Part shown: positions 36,028 through 46,751 of the stretch, piece after piece | How the letters are laid out: the number at the start of each line of letters is the position of its first letter | How positions within the stretch are numbered: the first letter of the stretch is position 1 | Sequence record: MN871444.1 | Length of the DNA: 64,000 nucleotides | Direction: 5' to 3' (one strand) | Position numbers and translations under genes: made by a program | Notes under the pieces: generated by a model | Seen by the model: the letters and a program-made list of their open reading frames with translations, nothing else | The model's database searches: none | What the model was told of the DNA's origin: nothing

Positions 36028-37575
36028 ATGCAAATGACATTAGCTCCGTATTCTAACGGAGTGTCTGAAATAACAGTCAGTCATAGGCAACAATCCATCA
36101 CGTTTAAAGGTACGACCTATAATCGTACCATCTTGAAAGAAAAAGAAGCTTTCTTTCAAGACATTAATGCGTATTGGGATAGTTTGCCCATGTCGACCCA
36201 AGATGCCATATGGGCCACGTATTTGGAGCTGGACCGTGCGTTTGTTTCAGAAGAAGGTACCAACAGTGTACACAAAACACTTCATCAACTACTCCTGCAA
36301 TTGTATCAATATCACAGCATGGACAGCTTTCGGTACTGGATACGTTTCAAGTCCCGCGTCAAATATCCCCCCGATTTAAAAGAAAAATACAGTCCGGAAT
36401 ACCCCAAAGAAATGACCTATTTGCTGGAAGACTATCGCGGTCTACTGGCGTTGACTTTGGGTCTGCGGATCGTACTGCCGATCGTATTGCGCTATACCCT
36501 GGCGGTAGAACGCGAACAAAAGGGAAAGTATAAAGAGTTCATGTGCCTCAAGTTACTTGAAGGCACCGAGTTAATGAACTCTCCGGAAATGGCCCAGATT
36601 AAAGGGTACGTTACCGCTGCAGCTAACGTTAATGAAAAGCCTCCATCAATGTCAGCAATCCTGGGTGGTTTAGGGTCTACTCAGATCCCCATGTTCTTCC
36701 TGGCACATGCTATCATTCGGCGTGTTATCGTTAGTGAGCTGAAAACTGAAGGCGAACCAGTTAACATTGTTTCGAACGTCTGGAACTTTGTTTCTCAAAT
36801 GGATTTAGACAAACGTTTCGGCGGGGCCACTAAGGATAAGAACCCAACTGGGGCAGTGGCTGAAGATGATAAACAATCGGTTGCGGAGATTTACAAAAAT
36901 AAGGAACGTATTTCTGCATCTTCCCCGGTAACTGAAACTGTGTTTGTTGGCATGTATTTGAGTGCCAAGAAATACATTGACCCGACTATCGACGATGCAT
37001 TAGCTGAGATGCTCTGGACGCATCACAAGCAACTCAAATCCTTCGATCCCGAGCCATGGCAGTTGGTATTGATGGGGTGGGTGTTGGCACCACATGTAAC
37101 GTTTAAAACCAGGGACTATTTAGAACCTGAAGATCGCAATCGGGGGATTGCTATCGCACAAGCGTTATTGTGGCATTGGGGGTTCCCGCAACTTGCGGCC
37201 TTGCTGACAGCTACTCGGGCAGCACCAATCCATTTTGAAGGGGCGTCACAATCCAGTACGCAGGTTTCATTGATGAAGCGTGCTTGGCGGGGGCCTACCG
37301 AAGAAATGGTGCGTGAAATTAATGAACAGTATCCCCACCACAAACTCATTCGCGGTAAGTTCGATCCTAACCAATCGAACTTCGCAGTAGTTGCCATCAA
37401 TGAATTGTTTTCCATGGTGGTGTCCGGGGACTGGGATTTAAACTGCCCAAGATCGTTGATTGATGTTTGTGGGATGTCTGAAGATTTATCGGGGTATGCG
37501 CCTCCCACTGATTTGAAATATCAGCTGTATGATTTTGTTATAAAGAACAACCGCCGTAAAAGCGGAAAACAGTAA
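36028..37575 (+). CDS. nvRNAP sigma-like specificity subunit (phiKZ gp68-like)
   Basis: 515 aa, helical; FF..IN.YW and AQ.LLWHWGF motifs; canonical position before picA. Confidence 0.8.
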   Translation: MQMTLAPYSNGVSEITVSHRQQSITFKGTTYNRTILKEKEAFFQDINAYWDSLPMSTQDAIWATYLELDRAFVSEEGTNSVHKTLHQLLLQLYQYHSMDSFRYWIRFKSRVKYPPDLKEKYSPEYPKEMTYLLEDYRGLLALTLGLRIVLPIVLRYTLAVEREQKGKYKEFMCLKLLEGTELMNSPEMAQIKGYVTAAANVNEKPPSMSAILGGLGSTQIPMFFLAHAIIRRVIVSELKTEGEPVNIVSNVWNFVSQMDLDKRFGGATKDKNPTGAVAEDDKQSVAEIYKNKERISASSPVTETVFVGMYLSAKKYIDPTIDDALAEMLWTHHKQLKSFDPEPWQLVLMGWVLAPHVTFKTRDYLEPEDRNRGIAIAQALLWHWGFPQLAALLTATRAAPIHFEGASQSSTQVSLMKRAWRGPTEEMVREINEQYPHHKLIRGKFDPNQSNFAVVAINELFSMVVSGDWDLNCPRSLIDVCGMSEDLSGYAPPTDLKYQLYDFVIKNNRRKSGKQ

Positions 37576-37601
37576 AAAATACTGATCCTGGAGCTATAAA
37601 A

Positions 37602-39122
37602 ATGAGAGTACTGAATTTCTTCCTAATGCATACTGGCACGCACTCTGACGCAATGTTGCGTTCCTACGACATTTCGGTGACTCAACAAAACATCGATGCC
37701 GTAAGGGAAACAACTTTGCGAGGTGCCGTGACGGACATGCGGGCTATTGCAAATGGGGTGACTGAAATAGCTGCCTCAGTAATGCGCCAGAAAACAACTC
37801 CAGATGCAGTGATATCCATCCCGAACGGCATGGGTGAACAGCGGTTACGTTTCTGGCTGGAAGTAGAAACCGACAGGACCAATCTCACCACCAATCGGCA
37901 AATCATCACCGGGTTCACCGACCACCTCGGTTATAATGACCACATGGGCCGCGTGAGTATCGATCCTAACATGCAGTATTATCCCAACAGCATCGTCTGC
38001 TTGCGCGACCAAATCACGCATGACCACGTTCGCGGGGTCAACGTGACGACCACGGTGGTAAGTGATAGCTCCCAAATCCTCCGTGGCGATTGCCTGGTAG
38101 TTAACCCAGGGGTGGTTCAAGCACCAATGCAAGACGTCTGGGGGCACCCAATGCCCATCAAACCGATCGCAGCTGGTACGGTTAATCCGAACGATGTTTA
38201 TGCGGTTCGCCCGCAGGACGTATTTCGGCATAAGGCGGCCACTGAAATGGTGCGTCAGCACGGGGGCGGCAATACTACCGACAAACGGCTGAGCTTCATG
38301 GACGGGGTTCGTAAAAGTAACGTTGATAATGCTAATGGTACCCGATATCTGGCTAAGACCCTGGCGGCCATGAACCAGGCGTCCTTAATGGATGATGCCG
38401 ACGCAAATTACGTTACCACGCTCTACTCCCAAGCTGGTAGCCTCATTGGCGATGCCACCATTGCCCAGGACCGGTTCTTAGGTATGTTGAATTCCGGTGG
38501 AGGTTTTACCCAGCGCGGTTTCTTCACGCATCGTGAACTGTTGGCGCACGTTCCGGACGCGGAGAATATTGCGGTTATCATGAAGCCGACTACCCCTACC
38601 GAAATCCGGGAGCTGTGTAACCGCGGCAATACTGATGGCTGGGGCGGTGGTAACTGGGAAACTCTGATTGCCACCCGCCTGTGTGCGGCCACTCCGGGCA
38701 TCATGATGGAATCCTCAATTTCCAGAATTTGGTTTGAGGGAACCAACATGACCCATGATGGGCGTTTTCAAATCAACATCATGCCTGACCATTTCGCCAT
38801 GATGACTCAGGTTGCTGACGCCGAGGCGCTCATCACTCGATTCAAAATCAACATGGTTACCCAAGTATTGCCCGGCATGATGCCGAATAACCACATGCCG
38901 GTTACGGTTACTGCGGTTATGGACTGGGCTGGTGAATCCCGCGTATGGGTTAGTGTCGATGGCAATCCTCCAGTGCCGTTCGAACATGCTAACTTCTGCG
39001 ATGGCTTAAGTTCTCCGGTTCTCTGCGCGACTCCAGAAGCTGCATCACATATCTCCACTGATTTGGTCAACCTTGCTGAATTAGCGCGCCTACCTTCTCA
39101 CAACCCGATGGGGAATTACTAA
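37602..39122 (+). CDS. picA: nuclear protein import factor PicA/Imp1 candidate (phiKZ gp69-like)
   Basis: 506 aa; H..A.LRSY, RLRF.LEV, RPQDVF and F.DG..SP motifs; synteny between the sigma-like subunit and betaC. Confidence 0.75.
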   Translation: MRVLNFFLMHTGTHSDAMLRSYDISVTQQNIDAVRETTLRGAVTDMRAIANGVTEIAASVMRQKTTPDAVISIPNGMGEQRLRFWLEVETDRTNLTTNRQIITGFTDHLGYNDHMGRVSIDPNMQYYPNSIVCLRDQITHDHVRGVNVTTTVVSDSSQILRGDCLVVNPGVVQAPMQDVWGHPMPIKPIAAGTVNPNDVYAVRPQDVFRHKAATEMVRQHGGGNTTDKRLSFMDGVRKSNVDNANGTRYLAKTLAAMNQASLMDDADANYVTTLYSQAGSLIGDATIAQDRFLGMLNSGGGFTQRGFFTHRELLAHVPDAENIAVIMKPTTPTEIRELCNRGNTDGWGGGNWETLIATRLCAATPGIMMESSISRIWFEGTNMTHDGRFQINIMPDHFAMMTQVADAEALITRFKINMVTQVLPGMMPNNHMPVTVTAVMDWAGESRVWVSVDGNPPVPFEHANFCDGLSSPVLCATPEAASHISTDLVNLAELARLPSHNPMGNY

Positions 39123-40516
39123 TGAGTTTACATGATGAACTGGTCGAAAAGTATAAAGACCTACTTACCGGCATGGGTCTGATTGTCGATCTGCCCTACG
39201 TTCGTTTAGCGGAAAGCAACGGCGTTGAAACGCCGATTACGGTTCACGACAAGCCGCTGGTATTGCCGACCCGCGACCTTCTGAAAGAAAATAACTGGGA
39301 TAGCCTGCAGCCATTTCACCCGCTGGCCGAAAACCCGCTGCGCGGCGAATCAGTTATTCTGAAGAAGCTTCGGGTATTGGTGGCGTTTCATGCCACCAGT
39401 GTTGTCCTTACGCTGGCTGAAGAACTGCTGAACATCGCGGCGGATGGTGCACTGCAAGCGAAACTGTCACCTAAAGCCAGTGAATTCCTTTCTCACGTGG
39501 GTGATGTTGATGCCAAAACCCTGAAAGCGATGGACTCAGTTCGGAAGAAAATCACCGTACTGGGTGACCATCGCCTGGTTGGGTTTTACTTCAGCCGTCC
39601 TGGTGACCAGCGTAAAGATAGCTATACTCGACTGTGTCGTGTCGATTTCCCCATCTTTGATGCGCTGGCGGATAAAGAACCTACCATCTTCGGCGTGACT
39701 ATGCGTCATCGTGATAAGAAAGCAATCCTGGGTGTTTTGGATTGGCTAATCTATCCGAAACATGATGAAGATGCCGATCTGGCTGGTTTCTATAATGCCG
39801 GTACTCGCACCTTAAGCGCGCCGTACTTCGTCACTCTGATGACGGCGTTCAAAAAGCTGATGCATGAACTGAACAGCAAGATCAAGCTGTTCAAGAAAAC
39901 CATCCCGGACGTGGTAGCTGAAACACTGACCGATCTGAGCTGGTTCGATATCGTTGACGATATCGACCATTATCGCGACATCATTCCGGCGTTACCTGGA
40001 AATGAAGGCGTTGTATCCAGCCATCCGAAAAATGACGGTGCTGAAGTAAAAGGAACCCCGATGCTGAACATCAACACCCCGCTGGGTGGTCAGCGCGATG
40101 AACCGGCCCCCGCAGTAGCGGCACCTCCGGTTATCCGCCCGGCTCAACCAGTCCAACAAACTGCCGATGAAAATGATGATGGGTACATCGTCAATAGCCT
40201 CGGCATTCGCATGCCCAAATCACCTAACCTGACCGCAGCTCGCGTACCGATGCCGGTTCAAGCACCGATCCCGCAGGTACCACAAGTTCCTGTGTACGTT
40301 GCACCTCCGGTAGTGCAGACCCCGCAGGTACAAACGCAAGTGCAATCCAACGGTAAAGTGCGCATGGGTGACCTCATGCCTGGTGCCGCACAACAACCTG
40401 CAGGCGGATATCAACCACCACCGCAGCCACTGACCGGCCGACAAGCATTCCGGGCGCAACAAGCTGCACAACAAGCTATAATCACCCCCGGGTTCATCCC
40501 GCCGCGTCGTTGGTAA
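39122..40516 (+). CDS. conserved protein with P/Q-rich disordered C-terminus (phiKZ gp70-like)
   Basis: PLVLPT, F.PLAEN..RGES..L.KL, IP.LPGNEG; low-complexity tail. Confidence 0.8.
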   Translation: MSLHDELVEKYKDLLTGMGLIVDLPYVRLAESNGVETPITVHDKPLVLPTRDLLKENNWDSLQPFHPLAENPLRGESVILKKLRVLVAFHATSVVLTLAEELLNIAADGALQAKLSPKASEFLSHVGDVDAKTLKAMDSVRKKITVLGDHRLVGFYFSRPGDQRKDSYTRLCRVDFPIFDALADKEPTIFGVTMRHRDKKAILGVLDWLIYPKHDEDADLAGFYNAGTRTLSAPYFVTLMTAFKKLMHELNSKIKLFKKTIPDVVAETLTDLSWFDIVDDIDHYRDIIPALPGNEGVVSSHPKNDGAEVKGTPMLNINTPLGGQRDEPAPAVAAPPVIRPAQPVQQTADENDDGYIVNSLGIRMPKSPNLTAARVPMPVQAPIPQVPQVPVYVAPPVVQTPQVQTQVQSNGKVRMGDLMPGAAQQPAGGYQPPPQPLTGRQAFRAQQAAQQAIITPGFIPPRRW

Positions 40517-40520
40517 TCTA

Positions 40521-40552
40521 ACGGCATAAAGGGAGAGGCTTCGGCCTCTCCC
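40521..40552. terminator. hairpin with minus-strand TATGCCGT tail; identical 32-mer at 48059
   Basis: ACGGCATAAAGGGAGAGGCTTCGGCCTCTCCC. Confidence 0.85.
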
Positions 40553-40577
40553 TTCCACCACTTTCATTATTTCTTTT

Positions 40578-40922
40578 TTACACGCTACCGAATGTCGTGT
40601 TATAAGCGGAGGCCAACTGCTGCAACGTAGTTTGGTTGGGTACGTACAGCGTGCGCACCGATGAGTTAAAATCCCTAAAATGATACATGTAATTTAATCG
40701 CATAATGAACCAATACATGTAGGGGGAATACCCCAATGACTTCAGATAAAGTTCAGGGCGGTATTCATAGGTGTAAGCATCTTCGGGAGTGATGGAAATG
40801 ATAGCAGTCGAAGATAAACCGCGAATCCATTCGATATGATCTTCAAATAACCGTTTGTACCCCAGTAGGTAGTAAACGTCATTTCCTTGGTCAGCTGCTT
40901 TACTGATAAGGGATACGGTCAT
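40578..40922 (-). CDS. small LysM-like/T4 gp53-like baseplate wedge candidate
   Basis: YEYRPE.......Y.P...WFIMRLN....F.......LYVP pattern. Confidence 0.55.
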   Translation of the reverse strand: MTVSLISKAADQGNDVYYLLGYKRLFEDHIEWIRGLSSTAIISITPEDAYTYEYRPELYLKSLGYSPYMYWFIMRLNYMYHFRDFNSSVRTLYVPNQTTLQQLASAYNTTFGSV

Positions 40923-40939
40923 GAGTGCCTCTCGATAGC

Positions 40940-40966
40940 CAAAATAATTATAAACTTATATCATTT
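40940..40966 (+). promoter_or_regulatory. early-type promoter
   Basis: AAAATAATTATAAACT-TATATCAT. Confidence 0.75.
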
Positions 40967-41011
40967 AATTGCAGTACCACAATAAAATTGATAGAGTCAT
41001 AGGATAAAAAC

Positions 41012-43078
41012 ATGGTAGAGTACATCCATAATGAGTTAACCGTTGAAAACCTAGGTGGTATATCCAGCCTTCAGGTTTTTCCGGGGAATAACTCAAGTCC
41101 GCGTGAACAAATGGCTACCAGCCAAATAGGTCAATCACTACTCCCGTACGGTTGTGCAGAAAGGTTTCTACAAACGGGAGATGAATTTCAGTATGGGACA
41201 TGTACTTTCAACGTCAACATTCCGGTGGATGCCGAAATTATCGATGTCGTACATAAGGTCAATACCGCAGTACATCACGGTAAAATCAAAGTCAACCCGG
41301 TAATGTCCGTGATTTGGCGAGATATCGATAAAGTGTCTGTATTCGGCGTAACGCACATTGAGCGATATCATGCCGCACATCAGGCTTTCGGTATCCGTTA
41401 TAAAGAACACAAAACCAACATGGCCAAAATTAGGCCAGGTATGGGGGTTGAGTGCGGCACGGTACTGATGCAGTCTCCTGGCATTTCTGAAAATGGTGCT
41501 TATGCCTATAGTGTCAATGCTAACGTGGCTTTTCTATCAGTCCCTGGGGTAGATAACGATGGGATTATCATGGGTAGTCAACTCATCCGTGATTTTACCG
41601 CAACTGGGATCGTTAGCCTAAATGCAAAATGGGGTTCAGACAAATATCCGTTAAATTTGTACGGGACAAAAGATTATTATCAGCCATTTCCAAATATTGG
41701 TGATAAAATTAGGCCCGATGGTTTGGTCATGGCGTTTAGGGAATACGACGTCTTTAGCGCTGTCGTGGATATGACACCAGAAGCGCTGATGGAAGTTGAT
41801 TATACTTGGGATACCTGCTATTACGGTAAGCCCAATGGCGAGGTTCTGGACATCACGGTATTGCATCAAAATACCCGCCCCGAAATTACCCCAACGGGAA
41901 TGTCTGAACAAGCACGGATGTATTTCAACGAATCTCAGCGTTATTATGGTCAGTTAAGAAATACTTACAATGAATTACGTCGTAAGTATCGCAACCCGAC
42001 ACTGACCCCGGCGTTACAAAATTTGCTGGTGCGGGCGGAAGCTGAAAATCCAGAGCAGCAAAGTAATGTCCAAAAAACAATGCATAAAGATTCACTCGAT
42101 GACTGGCACGTGTATCTCACTTTCGCGTATGATGTCGTCCCCTCCATCGGTTCAAAGTTAACGGACCATCATGGTGGTAAGGGCGTCATCGTAGGTATTT
42201 GGGATGAGCAGGATATGCCCATCGATGAATGGGGTACTCGCGCAGGCCTCATCATGGACCCTGAATCTACCATCAACCGCATGAATTTGGGTCGTATCTA
42301 TGAGCACGGCACAAATTGGTATTCCGCCAGAATAATCAATCGATTGATGCATCTGCGTGAAACTCGACCCACCACATTCTATCAGGATGCCTGGGCCGAA
42401 TTGATGCAGTACTACAAAACAGTGTCTATCAGACATTATCGACTGATGGAATATCATTATCGCGATGATAAAGATATTATCAACCACATCAATTACGTCA
42501 TGCAGTTTCGTGATGGCATTCACCTCCACATGCCGCCGGATCGTGAAGATGCGGGATATCCATCTTATTGCAACCTCAGAGAAACCTATCCGGAATTCAA
42601 GGCCGGACCTGTCGAATATAGGACGCGTAAAGGTCGCTGGATAACCACCAAAAAGCCAGTCAAGATTGCCAGTATGGCGATTATCCTGCTAGAGAAAACC
42701 GGGGAAGATTGGTCAGCGGTATCCACGCCTAAGATGCAGCATTATGGCATTCCCGCAATGGTTACGAACGATGACAAGTATTCCACTCCCGGTCGCGAAC
42801 AGGCAGTTAAATTGCCTGGCGAAGCTGAGACTCGACTGCTTGGTTCTACCGTTGGTGGTGATGTGACTGCTGACCTGGTCGATCTTCCGAACATTCCTGG
42901 AGGACAAAAACAAATTGCGAAGACATTGCTATTAGCGGAAAACCCATCTGACGTTGGGGATATCCTGAATAAAGAACAATTCCCTGATGGTTCCAATAGG
43001 GCGCTGCAGCTGAACAAGCATGTTCTGCTGTGTTCCGGTATCACGTTTGCTTCTGAAGGTGACTCATGCGACAAATAA
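41012..43078 (+). CDS. nvRNAP beta subunit, C-terminal part (phiKZ gp71-73-like), uninterrupted
   Basis: NSSPREQM, GSKLTDHHGGKGVI, INRMNLG.IYE, GEAETR. Confidence 0.9.
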   Translation: MVEYIHNELTVENLGGISSLQVFPGNNSSPREQMATSQIGQSLLPYGCAERFLQTGDEFQYGTCTFNVNIPVDAEIIDVVHKVNTAVHHGKIKVNPVMSVIWRDIDKVSVFGVTHIERYHAAHQAFGIRYKEHKTNMAKIRPGMGVECGTVLMQSPGISENGAYAYSVNANVAFLSVPGVDNDGIIMGSQLIRDFTATGIVSLNAKWGSDKYPLNLYGTKDYYQPFPNIGDKIRPDGLVMAFREYDVFSAVVDMTPEALMEVDYTWDTCYYGKPNGEVLDITVLHQNTRPEITPTGMSEQARMYFNESQRYYGQLRNTYNELRRKYRNPTLTPALQNLLVRAEAENPEQQSNVQKTMHKDSLDDWHVYLTFAYDVVPSIGSKLTDHHGGKGVIVGIWDEQDMPIDEWGTRAGLIMDPESTINRMNLGRIYEHGTNWYSARIINRLMHLRETRPTTFYQDAWAELMQYYKTVSIRHYRLMEYHYRDDKDIINHINYVMQFRDGIHLHMPPDREDAGYPSYCNLRETYPEFKAGPVEYRTRKGRWITTKKPVKIASMAIILLEKTGEDWSAVSTPKMQHYGIPAMVTNDDKYSTPGREQAVKLPGEAETRLLGSTVGGDVTADLVDLPNIPGGQKQIAKTLLLAENPSDVGDILNKEQFPDGSNRALQLNKHVLLCSGITFASEGDSCDK

Positions 43079-44997
43079 AAGCCAGGGACCTACTCAACCT
43101 CACCCGTGAAGAACTCAATCACGATGAGCAATTCATGTTGGAGCTTGAGTTTGATGATGGCGTGTTGGTAACTTCCTGGCGTACCACGCTCTATAGTTGG
43201 TATATTTGGGAGTTTCAACGACGGTATCCAAAAGCGCCGTTGTTAATGCATCACCACGTGGGGAATCGTCGATTCAATAAAGGAACTACGAATAAGACGA
43301 TGAACCTGTGTTTCTGGGATACGTTCAGCGCATATGGTGGTGAACTCCATCCAGAAGATTTATCCAAAACCGTCGATGATATTCGCCAGCAGTTGTTTAA
43401 TGACGTGGAATATGTTGAGGAATATGTTCCAACATTAGACATCGATGATTTCATTGGGGTGTTGGACCACCCCAAAATTAAAGAAATCAATAATGCCGTT
43501 CAACCGAATGAAACCAGCATCCAACAAGCCTACAAAGCAATTACTGTGGTATTAAAGGATGAGGATGAATTACGGGATAATGAATTAGCTGAAGCCATTA
43601 AATCAGAGTTTCCTAAAGTGGGTCAGGCGCTTCAATGCGTTGGTCCCCGTGGTTATCTGACTGATATGGATTCTCACCGGTTCGATTTCCCGATCCTGGC
43701 GTCGTATGGTAGCGGCATATATACCCTGGCCGAATCATTGATTGAATCGCGGTCAGCAACTAAGTCCCTTATCTTTAACAAGGAGCTTATTAAAGAAACC
43801 GAATATTTCAACCGTGAGATGCAGCTTCTGTGTCACGTCATGGCTGGGCTGTCGGGTAAGGACTGCGGTACTACTCGAACATTACCGGTGCGTATACGGA
43901 ACAAGGATGACCTGAAAACGTATAACGGCAAATATCGGGTTACTAGTAATGGCTTGGCGGCCATCAAATCAACCGACACCCAACTGATTGGTGAGATTGT
44001 TCGCATCAGGGCGGTAAGTTGTTGTGAGGAAAAAGCCAGGGGATATGTGTGTCCGGTGTGTTATGGTGATTTGCATTTATCGGTCCCGTATGGTTCCAAT
44101 ATTGGCCATGTTGCAGCTACTGAGATTTGTCGTGAAATCACTCAGAGGGTATTGTCGAATAAACACCTCGACCAATCTTCGATGATTGAACGAATTAGTC
44201 TATCTGAATACGATGCTAAATTCCTGGCAGTCCATCCCTGCGGGTCTAAGCTGGGACTTGCTCAGGGGATTAAACCAGGAAGCGTCCGTATCCAGTTTAG
44301 CCGTAAATGTGCGCCGTATCTGGCCGACATCCGGGGCATGGATGAAATCCCAGAACACAACCTGGCCCGGTATTCCCATATCGATAGCGTGATTATGAAT
44401 ATCGATCGTCCTGGGGAAGTTACGCTATCGGTCCCCATCACGGTAGCCATGGGTTCCCGTATTGGTTATTTCACCAGCTCGTTCTTGAAACATATGCGTG
44501 CAAGCGGCTGGTCTATGACTGCAAACGGGGACTATGAGGTTTCCCTGACGGGGTGGGATAGTAAGCGACCAATCTTTGCGCTGCCGATGAAACAAATGAA
44601 CATGCTTGATTTCAAGCAGGAGTTCGAAGCACTCATCAAACGCTCCAAGAAATATGGAACCGGTCGTCAGTCCCCGGATCTCAATAACCCAGAAGTAATG
44701 GCACAGGAAGTGCAAATTATGGCGGACCTCCTGAACTCCAAGATTTCGACAAACGTAGTCCACGTTGAAATCATGTTGCAGGCCACTATGGTGATATCTG
44801 AAAATGACCGGGATTACAGAATCCCACATCCTACAGAACATCGCGAATATGGTGGGTTCAATAACCTGATTAGATTCAGAAGTATCTCTGGTGCGTTGGC
44901 CCATGAAAAACAGGCCGATACACTGAATACCATGAGTTCTTATCTGGTGACAAACAGGCAGCCGCATCCGGTGTATGACCCGTTCTTACGGGTATAA
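43066..44997 (+). CDS. nvRNAP beta' C-terminal subunit (phiKZ gp74-like)
   Basis: Q..GPRGY.TD, ESRSA.KSL, EYFNR..QL, DCGT, C..CYG, TQ..LS.KH. Confidence 0.9.
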   Translation: MRQIKARDLLNLTREELNHDEQFMLELEFDDGVLVTSWRTTLYSWYIWEFQRRYPKAPLLMHHHVGNRRFNKGTTNKTMNLCFWDTFSAYGGELHPEDLSKTVDDIRQQLFNDVEYVEEYVPTLDIDDFIGVLDHPKIKEINNAVQPNETSIQQAYKAITVVLKDEDELRDNELAEAIKSEFPKVGQALQCVGPRGYLTDMDSHRFDFPILASYGSGIYTLAESLIESRSATKSLIFNKELIKETEYFNREMQLLCHVMAGLSGKDCGTTRTLPVRIRNKDDLKTYNGKYRVTSNGLAAIKSTDTQLIGEIVRIRAVSCCEEKARGYVCPVCYGDLHLSVPYGSNIGHVAATEICREITQRVLSNKHLDQSSMIERISLSEYDAKFLAVHPCGSKLGLAQGIKPGSVRIQFSRKCAPYLADIRGMDEIPEHNLARYSHIDSVIMNIDRPGEVTLSVPITVAMGSRIGYFTSSFLKHMRASGWSMTANGDYEVSLTGWDSKRPIFALPMKQMNMLDFKQEFEALIKRSKKYGTGRQSPDLNNPEVMAQEVQIMADLLNSKISTNVVHVEIMLQATMVISENDRDYRIPHPTEHREYGGFNNLIRFRSISGALAHEKQADTLNTMSSYLVTNRQPHPVYDPFLRV

Positions 44998-45004
44998 AAG
45001 CGTC

Positions 45005-45040
45005 TGGGGGGTGGGTAAAACCACCCCCTAATTCTGTTGT
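45005..45040 (+). terminator. hairpin with degenerate tail (TCTGTTGT)
   Basis: GGGGGTGG-GTAAAA-CCACCCCC. Confidence 0.65.
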
Positions 45041-45098
45041 GATTTTTACAACACCCCATAATTGTAGGACGCTATGCTTCAATGAGGATATTCTTAGC

Positions 45099-46658
45099 AT
45101 GTCAACGCCTAAGCTTGCTCAAATTGAAATATTCTCGCATGGGGTGCGTATATCCAAAGTCTCTCCAGAGATAGACCACATCATCCGAGAATTTTGTCAC
45201 ACCTTCATCCAATATAAATTAGAGAAAGTCAATGGGCGGTGGGTTAAGAAACAGGACAAGATATACGGTTACATCAATAAAGTAGACCGGACACTTCTTT
45301 TCCATCGCAACCAGTTCCACGATTTTGTTAATCGCTGTAAATTAAGCGGGTACGACATGGAACGATTCGATCTCATTGAATATGAGATTGAACCTGGAGT
45401 TGATACCTACATCAAAATGAAACCTGAGTTTACCCTCAGGGAAAAACAAATACCCGCAGCCAACTGGTTACGTGAGGACAATCGCATCCGTACGGCTGAA
45501 CTCCAGACAGGGTTTGGTAAAAGTTTTCTGTATTGTAATGAGGTAGCCGCATCGGGCAAAAGGGGTGGGTTGGTAGTGCTTCCCCGGTATATCGATAAGT
45601 GGTATGGTGACTTCGGTAAGTACTACGATATCGAACCTGAGGATATATTGCTCATCAAAAACGGCAAGACGTTGATGAATGCCATGATGTTGCTGCGTGA
45701 TGGTCGGCTACCTGATTTCAAAGTAGCGATGTTCTCTTTATCCACCATTAACAAATTCATCGAGCATTTCGAATCCTCGGATGCAGAAACCTACATGTAT
45801 CCCTTTACGCCGTTTGAGTTCATGCAGCTCTTGGGTATTCACGTATTGGGTTTCGATGAAGTGCATCAGTGTGCGTTGCAGGTATTTACGACCATCATTC
45901 ATTTTCACGTGCCTAAACAGGTATATCTGTCAGCCACCCTGGTAAGTGATGATGACTTTACATTGCAGATGTACAATGTTGCCTTCCCTAACGGTGAACG
46001 ATTCAGGACCGTAGATTACAACAAGTACATTGATGTGGTCGCTATCGAATATGGGATAAGGGAACCCAGAAAGATACGGTGTTCGTACCGTGGGGCAGAA
46101 TACAACCACGCTGCTTTCGAGGACAGCCTGCGACGTAATGGTAAATTGTTTAAACAGTACCTCAACCTCATCTGGTCAATCGTCAAACATGATTTCCTGA
46201 CGATGCGCACTCCAGGGATGAAGATGCTTATCTTTGCGGCCAAGAAAGAGACCTGTGATGCGATTGTAGGGCACATCAAGAGAAAGCTGGGAGATAACCC
46301 CGCTAATCTCAGAGTGTCTAAATACGTCGCTGAGGACGCGTATGAGGTATTGCTGGAATCGGATATTACTGCGTCCACCTTGGGTTCATCGGGTACAGCT
46401 GTCGATATTCCGGATCTCGTAAAAGTGTTGATGACTAACAACCTGGCGGCGATTGCTGCAAACATCCAGGCTGTCGGTCGTTTACGCGAGTTGAAGAAAT
46501 GGCCTGATGTGAAATTGGAATTCTTCTATCTGTATTGTAGAGACATTCCAAAACATGTCGAGTACCATCGTAAGAAAATAGGTGATCTGAAAGGACGGGT
46601 ACGGAGTCATCGAACTCTGGTTTCCCCGGTTACCCTGGATGTGAACCTGCCTGCCTGA
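45099..46658 (+). CDS. SF2 (UvsW/RAD3-like) helicase (phiKZ gp75-like)
   Basis: LQTGFGKS, FDEVH, LSAT, GTAVDIP, QAVGRLR. Confidence 0.9.
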   Translation: MSTPKLAQIEIFSHGVRISKVSPEIDHIIREFCHTFIQYKLEKVNGRWVKKQDKIYGYINKVDRTLLFHRNQFHDFVNRCKLSGYDMERFDLIEYEIEPGVDTYIKMKPEFTLREKQIPAANWLREDNRIRTAELQTGFGKSFLYCNEVAASGKRGGLVVLPRYIDKWYGDFGKYYDIEPEDILLIKNGKTLMNAMMLLRDGRLPDFKVAMFSLSTINKFIEHFESSDAETYMYPFTPFEFMQLLGIHVLGFDEVHQCALQVFTTIIHFHVPKQVYLSATLVSDDDFTLQMYNVAFPNGERFRTVDYNKYIDVVAIEYGIREPRKIRCSYRGAEYNHAAFEDSLRRNGKLFKQYLNLIWSIVKHDFLTMRTPGMKMLIFAAKKETCDAIVGHIKRKLGDNPANLRVSKYVAEDAYEVLLESDITASTLGSSGTAVDIPDLVKVLMTNNLAAIAANIQAVGRLRELKKWPDVKLEFFYLYCRDIPKHVEYHRKKIGDLKGRVRSHRTLVSPVTLDVNLPA

Positions 46659-46751
46659 TTCTGGCTTAAAGAATCTGGGGCATCCAATTAGAGGTGCCCC
46701 ATACTCCGTGGCTCATTAACGCCACACCACACCTAAAGAAAGGTAAATAGC

